DNA of 33,086 nucleotides, taken from assembly GCF_001194135.2 (NCBI RefSeq), contig NC_068983.1, positions 164,448,819-164,481,904 on the forward strand, given 5' to 3'. The notes under the pieces were generated by a model, which worked only from the letters and a program-made list of their open reading frames with translations, made no database searches and was not told the DNA's origin. How positions within the stretch are numbered: the first letter of the stretch is position 1; the number at the start of each line of letters is the position of its first letter. Positions 1 to 11,486 of this stretch are shown here, one piece after another. This stretch comes from Octopus bimaculoides (taxonomy: Eukaryota). A program made the position numbers and the translations under genes.

Positions 1-234
1 GTGCATGCATGAACGAGTGAACATTCTACATCGACACAAACCTGAAAGCATAACCGAATCTACCTCGGCCAGCCAGTCCACTATCCTTCCTTCAAGAAAT
101 TACCATGTGCGTGACAAGCAATACCGCAGAGAATCTGCGTTTACTAACAGGGAGTGAATAATTATTACAAATTAAAAGGGTAAAGGTTTATAAATTTATT
201 AATTTATTAATAAATCAACAATTAATAATGTTTA

Positions 235-270
235 CCAAGCCCTTCGGTATGTAAGTACCATTATCGGTGG
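235..270 (-). ncRNA. Degenerate hammerhead-like motif (left arm of fold-back)
   Basis: Minus strand reads CCA-CCGAUAA-U-GGUA(CUUACA)UACC-GAAG-GG-C-U-UGG: 4-bp stem II, 3-bp stem I, non-canonical core. Confidence 0.35.
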
Positions 271-423
271 AGAACTTATTTAAAAGTTCATATACATTTA
301 TAAACATAATTAAGGGATCAGCAAATATTTTAGCTGCTATTTCTGAACTTCGGTATGTGGTGAAGCAAATATTTGCTGATCCATTAATTATGTTTATAAA
401 TGTATATGACTTTTAAATAAGTT

Positions 424-456
424 CCGATAATGGTGCTTACATACCGAAGGGCTTGG
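424..456 (+). ncRNA. Degenerate hammerhead-like motif (right arm of fold-back)
   Basis: ccgataa-t-ggtg(cttaca)tacc-gaag-ggc-t-tgg. The 5' strand of stem I is lost through a 5-nt deletion relative to the left arm. Confidence 0.3.
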
Positions 457-764
457 TAAAAATTATTAATTGTTGATTTATTAATAAATTAATAAATTGA
501 TAAACCTTTACCCTTTTAATTTGTATATATATACATATATGTATGTGTGTATGGATGCATGTATGTATATGTCTCTGTGTGTGTATGTGTGTATGTGTGT
601 GTGTGTATTTGAGAGTCTGAGAATTACTTAATAGAGTTTTGAAGTGTAAAAGTGATTCGTTTAAAAAAATCATTTTTCAAAAGGATGTTATGAAATTTTT
701 TATCAGAATTTTGGTATCCTTTTTTGGGAAGAAGTTTTTTCTAGTGTATGAGCGATTTCATGTC

Positions 765-786
765 TGTATATATATATCTATATACA

Positions 787-848
<62 letters not shown>
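765..848. repeat. (TACA)n/(TA)n microsatellite running into an assembly gap
   Basis: Seen directly. Confidence 0.95.
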
Positions 849-1842
849 NNNNNNNNNNNNNNNNNNNNNNNNNNNNNNNNNNNNNNNNNNNNNNNNNNNN
901 NNNNNNNNNNNNNNNNNNNNNNNNNNNNNNNNNNNNNNNNNNNNNNNNNNNNNNNNNNNNNNNNNNNNNNNNNNNNNNNNNNNNNNNNNNNNNNNNNNNN
1001 NNNNNNNNNNNNNNNNNNNNNNNNNNNNNNNNNNNNNNNNNNNNNNNNNNNNNNNNNNNNNNNNNNNNNNNNNNNNNNNNNNNNNNNNNNNNNNNNNNNN
1101 NNNNNNNNNNNNNNNNNNNNNNNNNNNNNNNNNNNNNNNNNNNNNNNNNNNNNNNNNNNNNNNNNNNNNNNNNNNNNNNNNNNNNNNNNNNNNNNNNNNN
1201 NNNNNNNNNNNNNNNNNNNNNNNNNNNNNNNNNNNNNNNNNNNNNNNNNNNNNNNNNNNNNNNNNNNNNNNNNNNNNNNNNNNNNNNNNNNNNNNNNNNN
1301 NNNNNNNNNNNNNNNNNNNNNNNNNNNNNNNNATATATATATATATATATATATAGGCATACAGGCATGCATATATATACATATATATATACATACACAT
1401 AAATATATGTGTGTTTGTGCGTGTGTATGCGTGCGTACGTTCATGTGTGTGCATGTGTGTGCGTGTGCGCGTGCACGTATCTGAATTAATAAGAATGAAC
1501 GGTCTCAGTTCAGAGCAACATAAGCTTCAGAAGCTGAAACGTCGTCGCATTATATATTCATTACATTATCTTTATATTATAATGAAATGCATAAGTAATT
1601 AGAGGAAGTTTACTTCAAAACATTAATAGTTCTCAACTGCGACTTTTTATTCCTCTTATTTTAGATGCTTATTTATTGTATAATGTGTGAAGGAATTTGC
1701 TATTGAATCTGGAGTTTTGTAGCACTTGTGATCTTGTTAAAATTATTCTGATAGTTTTTTTAAATAGGACGAAGTGAATCTTATATATTCATAAATAAAT
1801 TACAATGATCGACTATTTTCTCTTCGAATATTGTACAGAAGA

Positions 1843-2079
1843 AGGCGGTGAAGAGCTGGCAGAAACGTTACCCCACCGGGCGAAATGCTTAGCAGTATTT
1901 CGTCTGCCGTTACGTTCTGAGTTCAAATTCCGCCGAGGTCGACTTTGCCTTTCATCCTTTCGGGGTCGATAACTTAAGTACCAGTTACGCACTGGGGTAG
2001 ATGTAATCGACTTAATCCCTTTGTCTGTCCTTGTTTGTCCCCTCTATGTTTAGCCTCTTGTGGGCAATAAAGAAATAGG
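1843..2079 (+). mobile_element. tRNA-derived SINE, family A (octopus OK/OR-like), near full length
   Basis: Head ggcggtg..agctggcagaa (A-box-like), gagttcaaattcc (B-box), body gtcgactttgcctttcatcctttcggggtcgat, tail ending gggcaataaagaaata. Related copies at 2078, 2237, 10049, 20019, 20327, 20728. Confidence 0.85.
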
Positions 2080-2214
2080 TATTTCGTCTAGGTCGACTTT
2101 GCCTTTCATCCTTCCGGTGTCGATAAATTAAGTACCAGTTGCGCACTGGGGTCGATCTAATTGACTGCCCCACTCTCCAGAAATTATGGACCTTGTGTCT
2201 AGAGTAGAAAAAAG
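2078..2214 (+). mobile_element. SINE family A, truncated and internally deleted copy with an alternative tail
   Basis: ggtatttcgtct joins directly to aggtcgacttt, so the B-box segment is missing. Tail is ...ggaccttgtgtctagagtagaaa. Confidence 0.8.
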
Positions 2215-2236
2215 TAATATTTAAATATTCCAAGTT

Positions 2237-2445
2237 AGAAACGTTAATACTCCGGGCGAAATGCTTAGCGGTATTTCGTCTGCCGTTACGTTCTGAGTTC
2301 AAATTCCGCCGAGATCGACTTTGCCTTTCATCCTTTCGGGGTCGATAAATTAAGTACCAGTTGCGTACTAGGGTCGATTTAGTTGACTACCACCACCACC
2401 CTCTCCAAACATTTCGGGCCTTGTGCCTAGAGTAGAAAACAATAG
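2237..2445 (+). mobile_element. SINE family A, 5'-truncated copy
   Basis: Body nearly identical to 1861-2010. Tail is ...ttcgggccttgtgcctagagtagaaa. Confidence 0.8.
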
Positions 2446-2619
2446 TGTGTTTGCATCCACGTAATCTAGCGGTTCGGTAAATGAGACCGATGAAATAAGT
2501 ACTAGGTTTAAAATAAAAATAAGTACTGGAGTCGATACGTTCGACTAAATTTCTTCTAGGCGGTGCCCCAGCATGGCCGTAGCCGTAATCTAAAGACAGA
2601 AGCAAGTAAAAGATAAAGA
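2446..2619 (+). mobile_element. SINE family B 3' module
   Basis: tagcggttcgg...gagaccgat...taagtactggagtcgat...ggcggtgccccagcatggccg, matching the 3' half of the 22076-22534 copy. Confidence 0.75.
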
Positions 2620-3309
2620 AGCCGAGCATTGGTTTATTTGATAATAAGTGTCTTTAATTTAGGAACAAGAATATCAGTTTTTGAAGAGATGGAGTACATC
2701 TATATCTTCATCCGTAGTTCTTGACTGGCAGCTGGCGTCAGCATCCCAGAAAGAACACAAGACAGGGATGACATCAAGGAAACGGAAGAAAAATATCAAA
2801 AGACAGTTTGACGGATGGATATATGGATATGCCAGTTATTCATAAGAAATAAAGACAAGGGGTCGGAAAACCCGACTTCACCACGACTACGACTACTACT
2901 ACTATTATTACTGCTGCTGGCTATTCGAATGCTACATCCACTCCTAAAAAAACAAATTTTGACCACACTATTTAATTTATCAAAACAGATAGTCGTAATT
3001 TGCGGTCACAAACAGTTTAATATGACATGCCACGAAAATTAACGGAGATTACCACGTGCACTTGCAGAAAAAAGAAAGTAAACCATGAATTCTAATTTTA
3101 ATTTTAATTTTATTTTATTAATAGCTCTTTTTTCTCTCTACATATTCCATTTCAGTAAATATTTTTGATAACAAAACCCCCAAAATGTACCCAATTTTAA
3201 GAAAGTAGCATTTTTGTTCTTCTTTTTCATAAACATCTACTTACTCGTGTGTTACCTCTACACATTTAAAAAAAATATTTTTAAAATGTATTTTTAAATA
3301 TATATATAT

Positions 3310-3535
3310 TCAATTAGAGGACAAATTAGCCTTATTAAGGGATAGTATCACCCAATGAGTTACTGGTTCAATACCTAATATTTGTTGTGAATAATAATAT
3401 TCATAAAACAGTAGGTTTGTATATACACCATGGGTTTATAATCATTCAAAAGAAAGTAAGAAAATGGCGATATAGTATTTAATAGAAAAATTATTATCAG
3501 CAAAAATCAAACATAGTATCTTACAGCTGTTTCAA
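3310..3535 (-). mobile_element. Possible PLE pseudo-LTR fragment
   Basis: The 14-mer cttacagctgtttc (3520-3533) is identical to 32281-32294, the GAAA/stem III half of the PLE hammerhead. The CUGAUGA half is not recognisable. The extent is approximate. Confidence 0.35.
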
Positions 3536-3629
3536 TTAAGCCTAACAGATTAAATAGCAATCCATGCATGTAACTCCCAATAAATTTGGTGAGTGCCCTT
3601 CTTTCGTTTATCCACTCACTCGTCTATAC

Positions 3630-3631
<2 letters not shown>

Positions 3632-3674
<43 letters not shown>

Positions 3675-3722
3675 TGTGTGCGTGTGTGTGTTTTACTGTT
3701 TGTTCTAAATTATAACATAAAT

Positions 3723-3813
<91 letters not shown>

Positions 3814-3814
3814 T

Positions 3815-3859
<45 letters not shown>

Positions 3860-3895
3860 AATAGAGGGAGAGAGATAGATAGAGAGAGACAGAGA
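3632..3895. repeat. (TG)n followed by a long (AG)n microsatellite
   Basis: Seen directly. It explains the ORFs 3564..3878, 3616..3933 and 3705..3950. Confidence 0.95.
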
Positions 3896-4190
3896 GGTAA
3901 AGTATGTATGTGTGTATGTAAATATATGTGCATACAGCGGGAACAGTCAACGGTTTAGCAGTCTAATATAGAGGTATTTGAAATGTAAATTAAACAAACG
4001 TAGACTATTTAGAAAGGAGGACCACGAGTCAAGAATCGCACAAAAGAGAGAAAATGGAGTAAAATAGAGGAAGAGGAATAATTTGAGTTAAGAATCTTTC
4101 ATTCGAAATTTCGCTCATTTTCATGAGACTGGGTGTTGGGAAAATGTCCATCGATCAGTGAATGAGTAACGCTACGACGTAGGAAGTGCG

Positions 4191-4193
<3 letters not shown>

Positions 4194-4243
<50 letters not shown>

Positions 4244-4358
4244 TGTCTCTCTGTTTGTCTTAGTGTCGATTTGTTTGACTAAAACTCTTTAAGACAGTGC
4301 TCTAGCATGACCACAGTCAAATGGCTAAAACAAATAAAGCATAAAAGCTAAAAGAATC
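4194..4358 (+). mobile_element. (TG)n plus a deleted SINE family B 3' module
   Basis: gtcgatttgtttgactaaaactctttaagacagtgctctagcatgaccacagtcaaatggctaaaacaaataaa resembles the family B tail. Confidence 0.6.
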
Positions 4359-5732
4359 TATCTTTCTCGTATANNNNNNNNNNNNNNNNNNNNNNNNNNN
4401 NNNNNNNNNNNNNNNNNNNNNNNNNNNNNNNNNNNNNNNNNNNNNNNNNNNNNNNNNNNNNNNNNNNNNNNNNNNNNNNNNNNNNNNNNNNNNNNNNNNN
4501 NNNNNNNNNNNNNNNNNNNNNNNNNNNNNNNNNNNNNNNNNNNNNNNNNNNNNNNNNNNNNNNNNNNNNNNNNNNNNNNNNNNNNNNNNNNNNNNNNNNN
4601 NNNNNNNNNNNNNNNNNNNNNNNNNNNNNNNNNNNNNNNNNNNNNNNNNNNNNNNNNNNNNNNNNNNNNNNNNNNNNNNNNNNNNNNNNNNNNNNNNNNN
4701 NNNNNNNNNNNNNNNNNNNNNNNNNNNNNNNNNNNNNNNNNNNNNNNNNNNNNNNNNNNNNNNNNNNNNNNNNNNNNNNNNNNNNNNNNNNNNNNNNNNN
4801 NNNNNNNNNNNNNNNNNNNNNNNNNNNNNNNNNNNNNNNNNNNNNNNNNNNNNNNNNNNNNNNNNNNNNNNNNNNNNNNNNNNNNNNNNNNNNNNNNNNN
4901 NNNNNNNNNNNNNNNNNNNNNNNNNNNNNNNNNNNNNNNNNNNNNNNNNNNNNNNNNNNNNNNNNNNNNNNNNNNNNNNNNNNNNNNNNNNNNNNNNNNN
5001 NNNNNNNNNNNNNNNNNNNNNNNNNNNNNNNNNNNNNNNNNNNNNNNNNNNNNNNNNNNNNNNNNNNNNNNNNTATATATATACACACACACATAGATAC
5101 TTGCATGCCTACGTACATGGATTCATGCGTATATATGTATATGCTGAAGTCGTTGATAGGTGTAATCAAAACAAAAACATAAAAAGCAATAGATTTCACT
5201 CTGAGAGCCGAACTAAAAGTCTCGCACTTCAATCCGCCCCAGATCATACCACACGTTACATCAATATGATTCTGAACGAAACTGACATTCACTCAAGAAA
5301 TATGCAGCTTTTTCTCCTCTTCTGGCTAAGCTGAACAATCTATTTTCCTCTCAAGTTGCATGAGAACCGCAGAAACTTTAGCAGCTATTTAACAAGTAGC
5401 AGCAGATATCTTTGGATATTTCAAAAGATTTTGTAAGTTTTGTAAGTGAGTAACCTCACTGGATTTACATATTGTAGTTTACTGATATCGATTTATTTCG
5501 AATTCTATGTGGTGAAGTTTGTAATCTTGAGTGCATTAGTATTGTAAAGAAGTTAGAAAACATCTTCAAAGTAAATAGAAAACAATTCTGATTTGCATAT
5601 TTGTTCTTAAAACCTCCAGACAGTTTTTAATGTAAAATATGCTGTTTGCTGTAGTGTATGTCTTAGGAAAAAAAACTTCTTTCGTTTACGATGGCAACGC
5701 GTTCAGTACACTAGACTCATTCACGCACAAGT

Positions 5733-5778
5733 TGCTGGGATACTGGTGTTTCGACATGTGTCTCGTCAGTCAGAAGCA
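5733..5778 (-). ncRNA. Candidate minimal type I hammerhead ribozyme
   Basis: Minus strand reads UGCU-UCU-GA CUGACGA GAC(ACAU)GUC GAAA C(ACCA)G U A UC-CC-AGCA: canonical core, perfect 3-bp stem II, 2-bp stem III, interrupted stem I (2+4 bp). Confidence 0.5.
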
Positions 5779-6497
5779 GTCAGAAAAATAGTTTATGAAT
5801 TTTAAACACCATGGGAATATTTTTTTTTTTTTACAGTTTCTCTGATAGTGGTTTCTTTTGACGATACCCAAATGTCTTATACTGCAAAGGAATTGAAACC
5901 GTTTCGACGATACTTAAACCCATCTTACGACCCTTGAAATCGCACGGTCTAGTAGAAAATAGCATCTATGTTTCCTCAGCTCATATCATACCGTCTTAAA
6001 GATGGGAGAGCTTTTAGGACAATGCACCATACCACCCATGTATACAGATACCTATATACATATATATANNNNNNNNNNNNNNNNNNNNNNNNNNNNNNNN
6101 NNNNNNNNNNNNNNNNNNNNNNNNNNNNNNNNNNNNNNNNNNNNNNNNNNNNNNNNNNNNNNNNNNNNNNNNNNNNNNNNNNNNNNNNNNNNNNNNNNNN
6201 NNNNNNNNNNNNNNNNNNNNNNNNNNNNNNNNNNNNNNNNNNNNNNNNNNNNNNNNNNNNNNNNNNNNNNNNNNNNNNNNNNNNNNNNNNNNNNNNNNNN
6301 NNNNNNNNNNNNNNNNNNNNNNNNNNNNNNNNNNNNNNNNNNNNNNNNNNNNNNNNNNNNNNNNNNNNNNNNNNNNNNNNNNNNNNNNNNNNNNNNNNNN
6401 NNNNNNNNNNNNNNNNNNNNNNNNNNNNNNNNNNNNNNNNNNNNNNNNNNNNNNNNNNNNNNNNNNNNNNNNNNNNNNNNNNNNNNNNNNNNNNNNN

Positions 6498-6586
<89 letters not shown>

Positions 6587-7488
6587 AAATACCATTGATC
6601 ATACGTCTACTGATTCAGAGCTGACCTGGTGTGAAGCAACAACAAAACATATAATTTTCTTCGTAAGTCAAATGGTTTTCAAATCTTGTTTTCGTTTGAT
6701 GCTGGCTGTTTGTTTTCTTATCGGATATTTCCCTTTGTACTTCTAAACATTTACAAATTATATTAGTTATCGAATATATAATGTAACAAGTAGTTTCATT
6801 TGGCTTATATACCACTGTCCGTTTCATGAGGTATATAGAATGACTTAGGTGACGACATTTGTATATGCTTAGTCTTGCATTGCTAAATTCGAGGATAATA
6901 ATTTAGAGATGCTACACCCTATTTAATATCACCTCCATAGTTTGAATTTTGTAAGCCATTAAGTTGCTTTTTAACTTTTTGTATTTATTAATGCGTTTTA
7001 AATATGAGTTTTTGACTTCCATTAAATATGACTTTCTTACTTTTATCGCAGTGTTTGGCGATTCTAGAATATTCTTTAGTTTCGTTAAATCCTGTCTATT
7101 GTTATTGTTTCTCAAATATGAATTAGTCTTTGTGCTATGAAGTTGCTTAGTGTAAAGTTCTACAATTTATGTTGTTTCTCCACTTCACCTTTTGAAGATT
7201 ATTTTTACAGCTAAATTTTATGATTCTGTCAACCTATTGCTCTCACAACATTTTTTTATCAAAGTGTAGTCAACGTATTTAGAGATATTCCAGACAATAA
7301 CATTCGATTTATAAATCTCCATAATCTAAACGTCTGTTCTCTATTGTATTATTTGATTTGTGTAAAACATACTCAACATTTTTATCTATTCAAGTATTAT
7401 GCACTTTGGCTTGTTTTTTTTTTTCTATGCAATACTTTTGTCCATAAATAATAAGCATTAAAAAGTCACCTGTACTTCTATTTCTTCT

Positions 7489-7535
<47 letters not shown>

Positions 7536-7663
7536 TTATCTTAAGATCTAAAGTTTTGGTGTTTTATAGTGGCCAGATTTTTCCATTCAGTACTGCGATT
7601 GATAAAGTAAAATTTCATTGTTCGTAGTGCGATCCGAAACGAGAATCAATATTAAGGTAATAA

Positions 7664-8290
7664 AAAGTAATCGTTGTACCCAACTTAACGCGGATGTCTT
7701 GTTAGAACACCGAACACTGTGTTATTAGCCTTGAATGATCCTTTCACAGAGGTGCTTGGTGCGTAAATGCACACACATACATCGTAGCAGACGAGAATCA
7801 ACTATCATGGGCGCTGAAACTCCCACATCAAGCAATTTTATTCTACTGGAAACCATCAGTGGGAAGCGTCCGGTCACCGCATTCCAGTCAAATCTCGTTG
7901 CTATGATGTATAGAATATCAACATGTTTTCAGACGCTGGTCGAAAATAATCTGCAGGCTTGTTTAAAAATGATTATTAGCGATGGAAGCAGTATTAATAC
8001 CGAAAGGTAATCCTTTATGTCTAGCTTAACGTGGGTGTCTTGCTAGAAAACCGAATAATGCGTAATATGAGATTCTATCATATAGGCGCTTAGTGCATGA
8101 AAGCACACACATAGATCGTGGCAAACGAGAGTCGTTTGTCATGGGCACCAGAACGCGTAATTTCATTTTACTGGAAATCGTTAGTGACAGGCATCCAAAT
8201 ATGTTCCAGAAGAGTCGAACGCAAAACATGTTAGTCGCTATTGTGTATATCTCAGAACAACTCATTTTTACGACTTCAGTGTGTTCATAA
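7664..8290. repeat. Diverged direct tandem duplication, unit about 340 bp
   Basis: Unit 1 starts about 7664 and unit 2 about 8004. Matching blocks: acttaacgcggatgtcttgttagaacaccgaa vs gcttaacgtgggtgtcttgctagaaaaccgaa (27/32), and gcacacacatacatcgtagcagacgagaatc vs gcacacacatagatcgtggcaaacgagagtc (27/31). Confidence 0.75.
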
Positions 8291-9460
8291 TATACTCGGT
8301 TCATTGATACAAAGGATTCTGGGACACTGTTGTTTCGAAATATTGTGTCTTGTAAGCCAGAAGTACCCGATGTGGCATTTCTTTAAATATGCCTTGACTA
8401 GCAAGTTCTAAATATATATATATATATATATATATATANNNNNNNNNNNNNNNNNNNNNNNNNNNNNNNNNNNNNNNNNNNNNNNNNNNNNNNNNNNNNN
8501 NNNNNNNNNNNNNNNNNNNNNNNNNNNNNNNNNNNNNNNNNNNNNNNNNNNNNNNNNNNNNNNNNNNNNNNNNNNNNNNNNNNNNNNNNNNNNNNNNNNN
8601 NNNNNNNNNNNNNNNNNNNNNNNNNNNNNNNNNNNNNNNNNNNNNNNNNNNNNNNNNNNNNNNNNNNNNNNNNNNNNNNNNNNNNNNNNNNNNNNNNNNN
8701 NNNNNNNNNNNNNNNNNNNNNNNNNNNNNNNNNNNNNNNNNNNNNNNNNNNNNNNNNNNNNNNNNNNNNNNNNNNNNNNNNNNNNNNNNNNNNNNNNNNN
8801 NNNNNNNNNNNNNNNNNNNNNNNNNNNNNNNNNNNNNNNNNNNNNNNNNNNNNNNNNNNNNNNNNNNNNNNNNNNNNNNNNNNNNNNNNNNNNNNNNNNN
8901 NNNNNNNNNNNNNNNNNNNNNNNNNNNNNNNNNNNNNNNNNNNNNNNNNNNNNNNNNNNNNNNNNNNNNNNNNNNNNNNNNNNNNNNNNNNNNNNNNNNN
9001 NNNNNNNNNNNNNNNNNNNNNNNNNNNNNNNNNNNNNNNNNNNNNNNNNNNNNNNNNNNNNNNNNNNNNNNNNNNNNNNNNNNNNNNNNNNNNNNNNNNN
9101 NNNNNNNNNNNNNNNNNNNNNNNNNNNNNNNNNNNNNNNNNNNNNNNNNNNNNNNNNNNNNNNNNNNNNNNNNNNNNNNNNNNNNNNNNNNNNNNNNNNN
9201 NNNNNNNNNNNNNNNNNNNNNNNNNNNNNNNNNNNNNNNNNNNNNNNNNNNNNNNNNNNNNNNNNNNNNNNNNNNNNNNNNNNNNNNNNNNNNNNNNNNN
9301 NNNNNNNNNNNNNNNNNNNNNNNNNNNNNNNNNNNNNNNNNNNNNNNNNNNNNNNNNNNNNNNNNNNNNNTTGTCAAGTTTTCCACGGCTTGAAATGATG
9401 GATTTTCCACTCCCCACAGTAACTTCACTGTACTCTTCATACACATATGTAGATATGTAG

Positions 9461-9529
<69 letters not shown>

Positions 9530-10048
9530 TTTGTGGAGGGTTGCAGTGGGTTAGAAGCAGATTCACTGCGAGTGAAGTTAGCTCTTCCTCAGTTTCGTTT
9601 CCCACCTATATCTCTACTTCTTTAAAATTTTTAATGCATTTAAGAAAGGCTTCAATACGTGATCAAACTCATTCGTTATATTCTGTAATCTTCATCAGTC
9701 TGTGATCGATAGGTGAAGACCAGTTAATAAACGTTGCCGGTTTAAACAATTATGTTCCTCTCATTCATATTTTATGACTTTGAGCTATGACGGAAATCGA
9801 TAAGATAATTGCTTTAAAGTGCTAGGATCACAAAATCAAATGATTGCTGACTAAAATTCATGCATTGCCAGAGTTACATCTGATTAAGTTTGGAATTTAA
9901 ACTCGGCGAGTGTCGGCTGCCATTTTCTTTCTCCTGCTATAACATATTAATGTATTAATGTTGTTTGTTTAATTCAAAATACAAGAAACTATTTTCTTCA
10001 AATATTTGTAGACGTGTGTCAAAGTAAACGCTCAACATTGATTTCAAC

Positions 10049-10250
10049 TTTTGGCACAAGGCCAACAATTTCAAGGGAAGGCGGTAAGTTGATTACATCG
10101 ACCCCAAATCTCTTACCGGTACTTATTTTATCAATCCCGAAAGGACGAAGAGCAAAGCTGACCTCGGCAGAATTGGAACTCAGAACATGAAGTCGGACGA
10201 AACGCCGTCAAACATTTTGTCCGAGTCCTAACGCTGCTGCCAGCTCGCCG
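10049..10250 (-). mobile_element. SINE family A, older diverged copy
   Basis: Reverse complement gives cggcgagctggcagcagcgttagg...ttctgagttccaattctgccgagg...ggggtcgatgtaatc...ggccttgtgcc. Confidence 0.8.
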
Positions 10251-11066
10251 ACTGAAAAATGCACGCAATCAATATTAAGACTCTCTTAGATATACACCTC
10301 AAGGTGAGAGATAATTTCCTACTAAATCATATTTGCAACAAGGTTTCGATTTCTACCTAAAGCTAATGTAATAAACTAACGTTTCTAATAGAACTCAGAA
10401 AAAAAACCCAACAAATAAACAAAGCAAAATTGCAAAATCACATTAATGTCACACAATTTCATTCTCTTCCCCTTTACATTTGTGGCCTTGGGCCCAGAAA
10501 AGAAATCGATATTATATCTAGTTTAAGCAAACCACTACTTTGGCAATGTTCCAAACAGATGCCAAATATAATCATTTTCTAAGCTTTGAAATTTCTGTAA
10601 ACCAAATTGTAGTCTTAATTCTCACAGGAATCATTTGCAATGTATTAAAAATATATATATAAAAATGATGGGTTTGTTTTAAATTTTCCTCTTTCAGTTC
10701 AACGTAGCTTTTTATTTCGATGAATACTTCACCATACTGTTCCCATCTGCTGTCATTTGAGTCAGTCTCAATAAAACTGAACTCGTCTATTATTTTTTTT
10801 CTTTCGCCTACAATAATGTTAGCTCAAAAACAACATCATTAATTTCAACTTTGAAGTCACACAACATCTTTGAATTGTCATCGCTATTTACACTTTTCTC
10901 GTTCTATTCGTGCAATGTTTTTCCTCTGTTATGTTTTACAAAGAATGTATGTATATGCATTTACATACATACATATAAACACACTCATACACGCGCGCGC
11001 ATATATTCATGTAATTCATTTTTTGTACTGAATTTAGAGGCTAAAATGGCCAATAAATAAATAAGA

Positions 11067-11067
<1 letters not shown>

Positions 11068-11109
<42 letters not shown>
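11068..11109. repeat. (TTA)n microsatellite running into a gap
   Basis: Seen directly. Confidence 0.95.
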
Positions 11110-11209
11110 NNNNNNNNNNNNNNNNNNNNNNNNNNNNNNNNNNNNNNNNNNNNNNNNNNNNNNNNNNNNNNNNNNNNNNNNNNNNNNNNNNNNNNNNNNN
11201 NNNNNNNNN

Positions 11210-11486
11210 TTTGTGGCTGCAGTGGCTGCCGCATATATTATGTCATTTAGCTCAGTGGTCCATTCTAAGATCTGTGGTTTTCAGTTCTTTGGTTATTCCC
11301 AAAATAAAAGACATTGTCAAAGTGGACCTCTCGGACCGTTGCGATAAGGAGGCGAGATGGATTTTATTAGAAAAAGAAAAGTATAAAAAATTAAAAGAGG
11401 CTTTCCCGACAGATATAAACCCACTGGGACCCGAGGTGAATTTCGAACCCAGGGCTCCAGTGGTGAACTACGAGGAAATAAAAGAT
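11210..11486 (+). pseudogene. Stop-free 92-codon fragment, probably the C-terminal part of a non-LTR (L1/Tx1-like) ORF1
   Basis: Open between two gaps. LPHILCHLA..PKIKD..CDKEARW..E..FP resembles by eye LPWRYHCVVA..SRIKD..YDKGYEYW..E..FP read from 24200-24743. Family assignment is inference. Confidence 0.4.

Larger units (their letters stand above)
166..525. repeat. Long inverted repeat (fold-back), probably an inverted pair of PLE pseudo-LTR fragments
   Basis: Arm 166-330 (tacaaattaaaagggtaaagg...gatcagcaaatattt) is the near-perfect reverse complement of arm 367-525, with a 36-bp spacer. The PLE origin is inferred from the embedded hammerhead-like motif. Confidence 0.85.

Noticed and set aside
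1505-1550. agc-ttcagaa-gct-gaaacgtc, resembling the 3' half of a hammerhead
   Set aside because: No CUGANGA-like core or stem I upstream.
2720-2812. Possible short exon (GVSIPERTQDRDDIKETEEKYQKTV*)
   Set aside because: Several frames on both strands are similarly plausible, with no independent support.
6912-7115. 67-aa Lys/Asn-rich ORF
   Set aside because: The composition is as expected from AT-rich non-coding DNA, with no domain signature.
9640-9710. CUGAUGA on the minus strand at 9692-9698
   Set aside because: No stem II and no GAAA at a suitable distance.
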